The notes under the pieces: generated by a model
Told to the model about the DNA's origin: nothing
Database searches by the model: none
Seen by the model: the letters and a program-made list of their open reading frames with translations, nothing else
Made by a program: the position numbers and the translations under genes
Shown here: one piece after another, positions 1 through 8,642 of the stretch
Numbering within the stretch: position 1 is the first letter of the stretch
Layout of the letters: the number at the start of each line of letters is the position of its first letter
Origin: Gemmatimonadales bacterium
GTDB lineage: Bacteria > Gemmatimonadota > Gemmatimonadetes > Gemmatimonadales > GWC2-71-9
Direction of reading: 5' to 3'
Assembly (NCBI GenBank): GCA_039794085.1
Contig: JBDIWC010000054.1
Coordinates: forward strand, 1-22,898
DNA length: 22,898 bases

Positions 1-127
1 GTGCCGAAGAAACCGAGCCCCTGCCACGACCCGGGTACGGCTTGTTCCCCCGTGAACGTGATGGGCGAGGCGGCGGTTCCAACTGCTGACAGCGAACCCC
101 CACCCGTCACGAACATCCCCGTCCCCG
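1..127. repeat. Intragenic perfect direct repeat, copy at the window edge (identical to 583-709)
   Basis: Base-by-base identity with 583-709. The offset is 582 nt (194 codons), in frame. This copy is cut by the window edge. Confidence 0.95.
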
Positions 128-2843
128 AGCCGAAAATGAGCCGAGCCCCTGGCACGATCGTCAGGGACGTGCCGATTACCACTCCTTGGCCGACGCGGAT
201 CGGCAAACTGGTGATCTGCCACCTATGGGGGCCCCCAGCAACATTCTCATATCCAAGAATCCCCGGTGCACGGACATCAAGGTAGGGCCGGCCATTACCG
301 GTCAGATAGTCGGCCGCCGGGTCCAGTCCCCCCACCAGCGCAGCGGGAACCTGGAGCCCCGCGAATGCGTTGTCGCGGAGTGCTACTCCGGTGAACCCCA
401 CGAGAGCTCCGGTATGTCTGACCGTCAGGCCGGTGCCACTGCTATGGTGGATAACGCTCTGCGACACGCGCACACTGGCTCCACCTCCCACCATGACGTT
501 CGCGGGTTCGATGCCAATGAAAGGACCGCCTTGTTCACCGGCGTAGCCGACATCGACATGGGTGAGTTCGTTCGCGGAACTCGTGCCGAAGAAACCGAGC
601 CCCTGCCACGACCCGGGTACGGCTTGTTCCCCCGTGAACGTGATGGGCGAGGCGGCGGTTCCAACTGCTGACAGCGAACCCCCACCCGTCACGAACATCC
701 CCGTCCCCGTGGCGAAGGCGACGTTTGTTCCCGCAAGGATCCTGAGCGCCCCTGCAACAGAGATCGGGATGGCCACCAGGTAGTGAACGCAACCCACTGC
801 ACCTGGCGCCCACACTCCTTGAGCCTGCACTCCGTTGTTGATGATCGTGGGGGACGGGCAGGAACCAGGTCCGACCGTCACCCGTATGGTGGCTTTACCC
901 AGGCCTCCGGGCCCGGTACAGGCGATTGCATATTCCGTCGTGGTTGACGGACTCACTGTGACGGAGCCAGAGGTGCTTGTCATCTGTGTCCATGGCGCCG
1001 AGCAGGTTGACGCGTTCGTCGCCGACCAGCTCAACGTGGAGCTTTGCCCAGCACTGATGGTCACAGGATTCGCGCTCAAGCGTACTACCGGCGGCAGCCC
1101 CGTTGGAGATGTCGGGCACCCAGACGTCACGTTGGCCACCTCGTTCAGGATGCACACGACCTCCTCGATTAAAGGATCTGGATCAAACCCTCTATCCTGA
1201 TCACCACGTTGCATCTCGCTATGATCGTAACCATCGTGCACACTTCGCCGCTTCACCCAGTCTGGTAACGCCGATTTGGTCGTGACAACCCCATCATTCG
1301 GAGAAGGCAAGTTGAGGCTCGTCTGTTTGTACCACGGTGCTTCAAACAGATCTCCAACGCTACGCACGTCGAACGGGCGCAGGTTTCCTGCGAGCGCGTA
1401 GATCTTGGCACCGTCTGACATCGCGCCCTTGAGGTTGGCAATAACCAGGGACTTCGTACCCTGGTCGCGGACGCCGTTGCTAACGAACACCGGCGAGGCA
1501 AGGCACGCCAGGAAGAAGGTAACGCAACCGGCTGGATCGCTTCCCACCAGCGCATCGGCGATCTCCGTTCCCCCATGGGGACTACCCAACGTCACCAGTG
1601 CCTTGACCCGGCTTGAGCCATGCTGCCGCATATACTCTCTGGCCACGACCCCACCCATACTATGGCCCACGATAACCACGTCCTGGAAGGGCAGGTTCAT
1701 GATCGCGTTGGACAAGAACTCAGCAGCGGTCGCCACACTGTTAAAAGTCGTATACCGCAGAACGTAGCGCTGGTACTCATCCGGGATCCCCTCGTCGTTG
1801 AGAAGTCTCTCGAAGTCCTTCTCCGGTTGGTAGGTCCGGAAGTACCCGCAAAACAGTCCAAGTGGTTTCCATCCGTGAATGAAGATGAGGCCAGTTTCAG
1901 CTCCCGACGAGGAGGATCCCGTTGGGTATGCCTCGAGCTTGTTCTCTCCCTGAGTACACTGGATGTTAGTCCCCATGATCCTTGCTGCCGTAACCGAGAA
2001 CACGCCAGGAGACCGGACACTGTAGGCGATGGTCGACTGAGCATGACCCGTGATGGGAACAGTGAAGATCTCCGGGTTGGCGGTCACATAGCCGAACCGG
2101 GGCTCCGACACCGTTCCGAAGTTCAGAACACCATTTGTCTGCATGCCGGTTACCGATCCAGCTTGCCTGATCGTCAGAGTAACCGGGTTCGTCGTACTTG
2201 CTGCGGACTCCGAACCGGGAGAGAATGCGTTGCCGCTGGCGGGTTCTATCTCAATCGATATCGCTGGCGTGATCGCGGTCAGGTCCAGCTGACTGAACTC
2301 GGCTCCCTGCACATAGGCAACCTTCACGGTCACAGGACCGGCGGTACCCACCGCGTTTACTTCGACAAATGTCCCACCCCCCAGAGCCAAGGTGTCTATG
2401 TCACCTGGGTCGACTCGACTCTCTGTTTGTTCGATCACCTGAGCCATGAAAACAAGGTCGCGGTCCTGTGCCGAGAGGTTCACTGTGGCGACAGAATCCC
2501 CGCTTGGCAGGTAGCCGGGTGGCAGTCTCAGGGTAACCGTGTAATGGCCTGGATTGAGGCCAGTAAACCGGAACGCCCCGTCTGTGCCCGTCAGCGTGTT
2601 CCGAGAGAGACCCTGAGTACCGAGGAGGATTCGTACTTGAGGAATGGGCGTACCCCCAGTCGTACGAACCACCCCCGAGATCATCGCGGTCTGGGCTGGG
2701 GGCGGGGGTGGGGGGGGTAACGGCTCGGTTCCCCCGGTGCAACCGATCAACCATGACCCAATCACCACACCCAATAGCGACAGCCAGCGCCGCCTCGCGC
2801 AGAATGGCTGCCCTTCTATCGCTCCGACCAGGGGTCCTCCCAT
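1..2843 (-). CDS. Large multidomain lipoprotein: lipobox, poly-Pro linker, carboxypeptidase-regulatory-like (Cna-B-type) domain, alpha/beta-hydrolase (lipase/PGAP1-like) domain, Ig-like module, parallel beta-helix repeats; 3' end lies outside the window
   Basis: Hand translation of the minus strand from ATG 2843 (GGAGG SD upstream) gave no stop to the window edge. Begins MGGPLVGAIEGQPFCARRRWLSLLGVVIGSWLIG-C-TGGTEPLPPPPPPP. Motifs: TGTDGAFRFTGLNPGHYTV; oxyanion-type IFIHG (~1872-1886); nucleophile elbow GHSMGG (1650-1667); LVTLGSPHGGT; NDGVV (1284-1298); YDH (1221-1229); LSANPVTISAGQSSTLSWSATNASTC; then the repeated GGSLSAVGTAASPITFTGEQAVPGSWQGL. Probably missing from the ORF track because it has no stop in the window. 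Confidence 0.9.
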   Translation of the reverse strand, partial: MGGPLVGAIEGQPFCARRRWLSLLGVVIGSWLIGCTGGTEPLPPPPPPPAQTAMISGVVRTTGGTPIPQVRILLGTQGLSRNTLTGTDGAFRFTGLNPGHYTVTLRLPPGYLPSGDSVATVNLSAQDRDLVFMAQVIEQTESRVDPGDIDTLALGGGTFVEVNAVGTAGPVTVKVAYVQGAEFSQLDLTAITPAISIEIEPASGNAFSPGSESAASTTNPVTLTIRQAGSVTGMQTNGVLNFGTVSEPRFGYVTANPEIFTVPITGHAQSTIAYSVRSPGVFSVTAARIMGTNIQCTQGENKLEAYPTGSSSSGAETGLIFIHGWKPLGLFCGYFRTYQPEKDFERLLNDEGIPDEYQRYVLRYTTFNSVATAAEFLSNAIMNLPFQDVVIVGHSMGGVVAREYMRQHGSSRVKALVTLGSPHGGTEIADALVGSDPAGCVTFFLACLASPVFVSNGVRDQGTKSLVIANLKGAMSDGAKIYALAGNLRPFDVRSVGDLFEAPWYKQTSLNLPSPNDGVVTTKSALPDWVKRRSVHDGYDHSEMQRGDQDRGFDPDPLIEEVVCILNEVANVTSGCPTSPTGLPPVVRLSANPVTISAGQSSTLSWSATNASTCSAPWTQMTSTSGSVTVSPSTTTEYAIACTGPGGLGKATIRVTVGPGSCPSPTIINNGVQAQGVWAPGAVGCVHYLVAIPISVAGALRILAGTNVAFATGTGMFVTGGGSLSAVGTAASPITFTGEQAVPGSWQGLGFFGTSSANELTHVDVGYAGEQGGPFIGIEPANVMVGGGASVRVSQSVIHHSSGTGLTVRHTGALVGFTGVALRDNAFAGLQVPAALVGGLDPAADYLTGNGRPYLDVRAPGILGYENVAGGPHRWQITSLPIRVGQGVVIGTSLTIVPGARLIFGSGTGMFVTGGGSLSAVGTAASPITFTGEQAVPGSWQGLGFFG
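583..709. repeat. Intragenic perfect direct repeat, second copy
   Basis: gtgccgaagaaaccgagccc...acgaacatccccgtccccg is identical to 1-127 and diverges abruptly after 709. Confidence 0.95.
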
Positions 2844-2926
2844 ACTGTCACCTCCGATGTGATCTCACGATGTCGGCTCCGCCACCAACAGGTGGAACAT
2901 GTCCTGACGACGGAGTCTCGACAGCG

Positions 2927-3652
2927 CTACATGTCCCCAAGGGTCTCCCCGATCTGCATGAATCCTCCAACGGCAATGGCCGCCGTGCTCACCAGCGTCA
3001 GGTACAGGCCAATGGCCGCGATGCCGAACAAGCTCCGGCCGGCAACGGTGGCCAGCAGGACAACCGCCACCCAGAATGAGCCGAGGAAGAGGAACCAACG
3101 GGCGCGAAGAGCACGCTGTCGGGGGGCGGCCTTGATGTTCAGGTATGACAGGAAGAAACACGTACCAAATGACAGAGGCAGCACCCACAACAGGCCGCTG
3201 ACCTGCTGCGCCATCGCGAAGCCGCTTGCGCTGCCTCCGAACCCGCCAAACCAGGGAAGGAAGAACGCGACCACGCCAGCGGTTGACGCGAACACCACGG
3301 CCTTCTCGGCACCCGTTCCAGCGGCCCGGAATGTCTGAAGCACGGAGTGCTGAATGACGCTCGCCGTAGCCTCGGCGGCCGCGGAAGTCCGGGCTGCCGC
3401 GGAGGCCACGCGCGCCCGCACAGCGTCCTCCCGAGAGGCTTGAGGTGGCGGCGGTGGCGGTGTATACGGGCCTGCAGGCGACGGATCGTGAGCGACCACG
3501 ACATCCGCGTAGCGCCGCCAGCTTCCGGCTCCCTCTTCGATGACCGGAGTGCCCTCGGCCACCACGCCCGACGCGCGGAGGCTTTGCAGGACGTCGAGGG
3601 ACACCGGGCCCACCGTATTCTGGTTCTGGTCAGCGTAGTAATACGTTGGCAT
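2927..3652 (-). CDS. GYF_2 (DUF4339)-domain membrane protein
   Basis: ATG 3652 preceded by GAGGAG. N-terminus YYYADQNQNTVGPVSLDVLQSLRASGVVAEGTPVIEEGAGSW matches the GYF_2 pattern, followed by a Pro-rich linker and about four hydrophobic helices including AFFLPWF. The ORF-track start at 4060 is overextended. Confidence 0.85.
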   Translation of the reverse strand: MPTYYYADQNQNTVGPVSLDVLQSLRASGVVAEGTPVIEEGAGSWRRYADVVVAHDPSPAGPYTPPPPPPQASREDAVRARVASAAARTSAAAEATASVIQHSVLQTFRAAGTGAEKAVVFASTAGVVAFFLPWFGGFGGSASGFAMAQQVSGLLWVLPLSFGTCFFLSYLNIKAAPRQRALRARWFLFLGSFWVAVVLLATVAGRSLFGIAAIGLYLTLVSTAAIAVGGFMQIGETLGDM

Positions 3653-3845
3653 GGCTCCTCTCTTCCCATGACATTGACGAGTCCCTACGGGGTGACCTGA
3701 GTGCGCTATCCTCTTCTCGACGGTTCCCGTTACCGCCGAGCGCTCTCCTCCGTTGCTTTTCCCAGCCCCTGATGCAACGGCCCGTGTCGCGCGGCACGAA
3801 CTCCCACGTCCTATTCCCAACACCCTCGCACCCCTTCGAGACGGT

Positions 3846-6269
3846 CTATCGCAGCGTGAGCAGTGTTTCTCCCGAGTGCCCGGTCGTACACCTCCATGTG
3901 CCCCCGAGTTGTCTCTCCTCACGCAATGACAACTCGTAGGTACAACCGAGAGCGGCGTTACCTCGGCGGATGTAGTGCATCTCGGTGAATACGATGGTAG
4001 GACCAACCAGCGCACCGGAGACAGAGTGAACCGCTTCGAGCGAAGGCCAGTCAACTTCACCCGTGAGTCTGCCCGACGGGGCGTCGAATGTCAGCACTTT
4101 AAGTCGCATGGGCCATCGCTCACTCGCAGTCCAGGACTCCCCCTTCCAGACATGCGAGGACTCCGCGAGGAGCTCCCTCATGCGGCTCACCTGGCCGCTC
4201 TCTCTCGCAACCGTGGCCGTAGCCTCTTGCGGTGCACGCCGAGCCGCGTTTGTTGGCTGCGTCGGATAGACTGGTTCAGGGCCGACCGGGGTACCGGCGG
4301 TGCTGTCCCTATTCCGGATCCTTTCAATCAGCACCGACACGACCTTCTTATGATCAGATTGGCGCGCACGCTCCAAGGCTGTGGCGCCACGATGGACCTC
4401 TGTTGGATCTGCCCCTGCGTCCAACAGGATCGCAACAACGGCGTCGTTCCCTGCAGCTGCAGCTGCATGGAGTGGGGGCACCGGCTCATATTCTCCGCCT
4501 CCCGCGAGAGGAGCGCCAGCGTCTATTAGAGCACGGACCACACTTTCGTGCCCCTTGCTCGCTGCCATTCCCAGCGCCGTCAGACCTGAACCCTCCTCCG
4601 AGACATCGAGACGGGCACCGGCCGCCACCAGAGCCTGCACAACCCCAAGGTGACCATGGCTCGCGGCCTCCATCAGGGGCGTGTGTGATGCCTTATATCC
4701 AAACCCCTCATTGACATCAGCCCCAGCGCTGATCAGCTGTGACACAACACGAGCATCACCGCCTGCTGCCGCGCAACCCAACGCCGTCGGTGATCCACCG
4801 TCCTCCGAATATGGTTCTGCCGTTGACACGGACTTCCTTGCCAGGTCAACGCGCAATGCGACGGACACGGTGTCCACCTGACATCCTGAGGGACCCTGCA
4901 GGCTCAGGCGTTCTCGTTGAAGGGTCAGGTGTAGAACATCGGTACTCGGCCACTCGAGGGAGTGCGGCTCGACGCGGACATCACCACCAGCATTCAGAAG
5001 CGCGACCGTCTCGATGTGGCCGTCAGGGTTGGGAATGTCCGTGCTCATGAGCGTGGTAACCACGTCGCTCCCATCCTGGGATATCCACTCTGCTACCAAG
5101 GTGAGGAGCTTGCCATCAGGCGCCCACTGGCCGGGTTGTGGGAGGTACAGGGCGGCCCCTACTGGAAGCGCGGACAAGAGATCGCCGGACAATACGCGCT
5201 GCGAATCGGGATGTACGATCCATGCGTAGAATCGTGTGTCAGTCGCGTACTCCACCGGGACTGTGCCAAACGTGAGAATCCTGTAGCCATGACTGCTGGG
5301 ACGGGATAGCAGGATGTAATAGTCGCTCAGGTAGTTTGCCATCCCCGGCTTGACCCTGAACGGGACGGCATTCGCTCCGACGCAGATCTCTCCTGTGGCA
5401 AGATAGGAAATCGCTCCAATCGCGTCCTGTTCGGGGGTGACCATCAGTTGGCTATCCGGAAGACTCTTTGCCACACTCTTCCGGCGGCCCAACAGCCGGT
5501 CGACGAAGCTCCTCCGGGAGTGTGAACGCCCTGCTGCCTGAGCCGCACAACGGCGTGAGGCGATCGTGTCAATGACTCCGGTCGGGGAGGGTTGCTTGCT
5601 GAGTGCTGCCTCCATGTCTGGTCCTTGGGATGCAGCAGCTGGGCGCGCGCCAGTGGACGCCACTCCCGGAATGTCGTCACAGCTGATTGCGTGGCCAGCG
5701 ATATCGGAAAACGCGCTTATCATACCCGACAACCACCCCTCGCCACCGCTCGGGGCGGCCATCCACTCGCCGTTCACGCGAGCCACGGGGACCCGTGCGA
5801 AAGGATCCTCACGCGCCTTCCAGTCGTTCCATCCCTCGCGGTACTGCCCACCGATCATGTAGGTAACCGCCTCCCACCGGTATTCACGCGACGCGCGAGC
5901 ATAAAACGCCGCGCTGCCCTTCCAGTCGATGCCGTTCAGCTTGTCGGCCTCGGTGACGACAAGAGGAGTCACAGCCGCCCGTACCCCCCGCATCTGCACT
6001 ATCGCGGCTTTCGACATCAGTTGCTCGTCTCGCAATGTGTAGTAGGAATCACCACACTTTGTCCACTGAGAAGCGAGCGTGCTCTCCGCGACCCGCATCG
6101 CACGACCGGACGACGCGTTGTCACACGCTGCCACAGTCAGGGCAACAGCTATGGCCACGAGAGGCGCAATGGCACGACGTCCGGATCCTCGAGTTGCAGC
6201 CGGGTGGCACCACACAAGGCTGCTTGCGCCCCACGAGCGCAACCCATACTCCTTGTCATACATGATCAT
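3846..6269 (-). CDS. Ankyrin-repeat-containing putative lipoprotein
   Basis: GGAGGAG SD 8 nt before ATG 6269 (start uncertain). Hydrophobic stretch ending LTVAA-C. About four ankyrin repeats at ~4330-4800 (TALGCAAAGG, TPLMEAASHGHLGVVQALVAAGA, TALGMAASKGHESVVRALIDAGA, PPLHAAAAAGNDAVVAILLDAGAD). Beta-rich C-terminal domain of ~110 aa. Confidence 0.85.
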   Translation of the reverse strand: MIMYDKEYGLRSWGASSLVWCHPAATRGSGRRAIAPLVAIAVALTVAACDNASSGRAMRVAESTLASQWTKCGDSYYTLRDEQLMSKAAIVQMRGVRAAVTPLVVTEADKLNGIDWKGSAAFYARASREYRWEAVTYMIGGQYREGWNDWKAREDPFARVPVARVNGEWMAAPSGGEGWLSGMISAFSDIAGHAISCDDIPGVASTGARPAAASQGPDMEAALSKQPSPTGVIDTIASRRCAAQAAGRSHSRRSFVDRLLGRRKSVAKSLPDSQLMVTPEQDAIGAISYLATGEICVGANAVPFRVKPGMANYLSDYYILLSRPSSHGYRILTFGTVPVEYATDTRFYAWIVHPDSQRVLSGDLLSALPVGAALYLPQPGQWAPDGKLLTLVAEWISQDGSDVVTTLMSTDIPNPDGHIETVALLNAGGDVRVEPHSLEWPSTDVLHLTLQRERLSLQGPSGCQVDTVSVALRVDLARKSVSTAEPYSEDGGSPTALGCAAAGGDARVVSQLISAGADVNEGFGYKASHTPLMEAASHGHLGVVQALVAAGARLDVSEEGSGLTALGMAASKGHESVVRALIDAGAPLAGGGEYEPVPPLHAAAAAGNDAVVAILLDAGADPTEVHRGATALERARQSDHKKVVSVLIERIRNRDSTAGTPVGPEPVYPTQPTNAARRAPQEATATVARESGQVSRMRELLAESSHVWKGESWTASERWPMRLKVLTFDAPSGRLTGEVDWPSLEAVHSVSGALVGPTIVFTEMHYIRRGNAALGCTYELSLREERQLGGTWRCTTGHSGETLLTLR

Positions 6270-6614
6270 ACAGGTGGCTCCTCCCCATGGCCACAAGTCG
6301 TACCCGCTCGACCCACTTCGTAAAGACCACCAACCAGTCACCGATCCGAGGGGAACTCCCCCCCCCCACCGTGCCCCCCGCATTACTCGTATAGTGTCGC
6401 CAACGTGTCATTCCCTTTGTTGACCTTTGTCACGATGTCGCGGAAGGTGGCGGTCCAAACGAGGGAAGTGGGGGTGGGTGATCACCTTCTTCATCGGCCA
6501 GGTCGCCCCCACCATAACCGGCAGAACCGCGTTGAGGTCCTCCAGACCCGCCTGCACACACAACCCACTGGCTCCCAGAGCACGACACCACGTCCAAGGC
6601 CGGCAGCGGAAGAG

Positions 6615-7112
6615 TCAAGCCAATCCCCTCGCTTTCACGACCACCGTACCAGCGATCTTGTCGTGCCATGCCTGGGCGTTCTTGTCGACAATCGCCCAGA
6701 GGTATCCGAGTCCAAACACGATGCCGCTCAGAAACCGTCCCACGACCTCGCGCACGAACATCTTGCCGAAGCCAGGAATGCCCCCGGTTTGCTGGTCCAC
6801 TACCTGCAGACCGAGCAGCTTCTTGCCGGGGCTCAGTCCTTGCCGCATCAGACTCAGGTACCAGATCACGTACAGGATTGGGAGCAGAACCGCGGCCATG
6901 ACCCCCACGTCTTCAGACCCGGTCATGCCACCCAGAACAGCAATCCCTCCGAAGTACAGCAGCACCGCGATCAGCGGATCGAGCGTCAGGGCCACCCACC
7001 GGGCGAACAGGCCGGCCTTCCGGCCCAATCCGGGTGCCGGGATATACGCGTTGCACCAATTACAGAAGAACGAGTCGGGAGGGGTTTCCTTTGCACATGA
7101 CGGGCAGTTCAT
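6615..7112 (-). CDS. RDD family membrane protein with N-terminal zinc ribbon
   Basis: GGAGG SD before ATG 7112. MNCPSC...FCNWC zinc ribbon. RDD hallmarks ARWVALTLD, SPGKKLLGLQVV, VRE and QAWHDKIAGTVVV. Confidence 0.92.
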   Translation of the reverse strand: MNCPSCAKETPPDSFFCNWCNAYIPAPGLGRKAGLFARWVALTLDPLIAVLLYFGGIAVLGGMTGSEDVGVMAAVLLPILYVIWYLSLMRQGLSPGKKLLGLQVVDQQTGGIPGFGKMFVREVVGRFLSGIVFGLGYLWAIVDKNAQAWHDKIAGTVVVKARGLA

Positions 7113-7252
7113 TCTGACCTCCGGCTCGCTGAGGTTATTGATCAACAGGTCGGGCAAAGCAGGCGGAAGGACCTTTACCCATTCGCAGGTGGTGGCCTCC
7201 CGGTGGACCAGGCCGGTCTCGAGGCCGTCGGCTCCCCGGCCCCAGGCTCTGG

Positions 7253-8107
7253 CTACAGCGGTGGAATCGCCACGGCCCCACGCTTGCGCACGGCGAGCCC
7301 CTGGGAAGCCACGGTTGCGACCTCGCGTGCATTCATGTAACTCTGCGCAGTGGTGAACACCGAACCGTACAGGGCCTGTAGCTTGGGATAGAGCGGCCGG
7401 AGGAGGGCGGGATCGTCCAGAAGCGCAATGCGCGCTTGTTCCGGTGTCATGGCTGCGGTCGCGTACTTGTTGTCACTTGTGAACGAGAACGCCTCCGATG
7501 GTATATCGATGCTTCGAGTCCACATGCGGGTGTTCGTCACCGGTTCCTTCAATGAGAGGGTGACGCGGCCACCCAGAGACGCAGTGCCATTGAGCCGGTT
7601 GTAAGTACCCGTCTTCTTGATGATGCCACCCAGACCGGATTGTTCAACCACGGAGAGCGCTGTGACTTCAACATCCATTTGTAGCTCTGGTTCGAGGAGC
7701 AGCTGGGATGCCTCACGATCAGGGAAAACCATCGCCTCGAAGGAGTCAAAGGGTCCTCTGGCCAGATAGCCCAGGCAGGTCGCCAGCTCCATGAAGTCGC
7801 CTTGCATCGCATTGGATAGATCGGCGAAGAGCTGGGGGGCGGAGGCAGCCGAGTATCCCCGCGTCCAGGCGGGCTGGATCGGGCTCTGCCACCTTGGTGC
7901 GACGATTGCGAGGGTGATTTTGGTCGAACCGGGCTGCTGGCATGTCGTCGGCGTGAAATCGTAACTCGGCCTCGGCACCGGAGCCGCTGCCGGTGCTGAT
8001 TGCGAGCTCATGCAGCCCAATGCACTAGCCAAGGGCGAGAGCAATACCAGCAAGTGCATCGCGGTTCGAGGCGCGGGTACGGAAAGACGGCTGAAATTGT
8101 GGCGCAT
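7253..8107 (-). CDS. Lipoprotein resembling the HpaA / neuraminyllactose-binding hemagglutinin (NLBH) family
   Basis: Lipobox SALG-C after LLVLLSPLA (alternative start 8059). Segments GYLARGPFDSFEAMVFPDRE, GRVTLSLKEPVTNTRMWTRSIDI and the C-terminal helix LQALYGSVFTTAQSYMNAREVATVASQGLAVRKR parallel the HpaA layout as I recall it. Family call made by eye. Confidence 0.65.
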   Translation of the reverse strand: MRHNFSRLSVPAPRTAMHLLVLLSPLASALGCMSSQSAPAAAPVPRPSYDFTPTTCQQPGSTKITLAIVAPRWQSPIQPAWTRGYSAASAPQLFADLSNAMQGDFMELATCLGYLARGPFDSFEAMVFPDREASQLLLEPELQMDVEVTALSVVEQSGLGGIIKKTGTYNRLNGTASLGGRVTLSLKEPVTNTRMWTRSIDIPSEAFSFTSDNKYATAAMTPEQARIALLDDPALLRPLYPKLQALYGSVFTTAQSYMNAREVATVASQGLAVRKRGAVAIPPL

Positions 8108-8280
8108 TTGGATCCTCGAGTACCCTTGGGGTGACCAGGGAAACGTGCCGACGACAAGGTGTGGTGGTGGAGTTGACCCAGTTTCGTGGACACCTCCTTC
8201 GTTGGGGAAGGAGGACGTCCTGATGCCGAAGCAGCGGCTATCCACCGAACCGGGGCAACTTCACTCAGCGCGACCCCACC

Positions 8281-8309
8281 TTGCCGCCTCCGCCCCCCGG
8301 CCCTAACTT
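8281..8309 (+). promoter_or_regulatory. Putative sigma70 promoter (TTGCCG-N17-TAACTT) facing the SARP remnant and the ClpP operon
   Basis: Both hexamers are identical in the two repeat copies, while three spacer positions differ. Confidence 0.55.
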
Positions 8310-8388
8310 CCCCGGTGCGACCCAAGACAAGTCCGGCCCGACGAACGCAGCGACGACAAGGCGTGGTGGTATCCAACCTCCACCCCAG

Positions 8389-8406
8389 GCGTGACAGCGG
8401 CGTCAC
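8389..8406. promoter_or_regulatory. Putative SARP-type box, heptamer direct repeat GCGTGAC-N4-GCGTCAC (also reads as GTGAC-N6-GTCAC inverted repeat)
   Basis: Heptamers with 11-bp period directly before the ATG. Fully conserved in copy 2. Confidence 0.45.
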
Positions 8407-8604
8407 ATGACGACCAGCACAGGGATCCCCTCCCCCGATTTCCCGGCGGCCCCCGGTTCGTTTCACCTCCGAACCCTTGGCACCTTAGGGATTTACGCGC
8501 CCGGTGGGTGTCTCCGTCTCGGTCCCGGCCTCCCCTTGTCCCTCCTGACGCACCTGAAGGCCATGCCGGGCAGTCGGCCCGGCGGGAACACCTGGCCCCT
8601 GTAG
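8407..8604 (+). pseudogene. Truncated, frameshifted 5' fragment of the SARP/BTAD regulator
   Basis: MTTSTGIPSPDFPAAPGSFHLRTLGTLGIYAPGGCLRLGPGLPL matches the N-terminus of 12015..16001. ATGCCGGGCAG here vs ATGCCGGGGCAG there is a -1 frameshift. Homology ends at 8597. Confidence 0.88.
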
Positions 8605-8642
8605 ACTTCTTCACCCCACCAGCAGGAGAGGGCCGCGCGCAC

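Larger units (their letters stand above)
8273..8597. repeat. ~325-bp direct repeat, copy 1 (promoter region plus 5' end of the SARP regulator gene)
   Basis: Aligns end to end with 11881-12206, with scattered substitutions and one 1-nt deletion. Confidence 0.95.

Noticed and set aside
2697..2717. G-run as a phase-variation tract
   Set aside because: It encodes the poly-Pro linker after the lipobox and is interrupted; the longest run is 8.
1620..2720. 366-aa plus-strand ORF and the other plus-strand ORFs in 1-2860
   Set aside because: Antisense to the lipase lipoprotein, with no recognisable motifs.
8391..8642. N-terminal extension of the 476-aa ORF
   Set aside because: Off-frame read-through of the duplicated SARP fragment. 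The ClpP-like sequence starts after ATG 8643.
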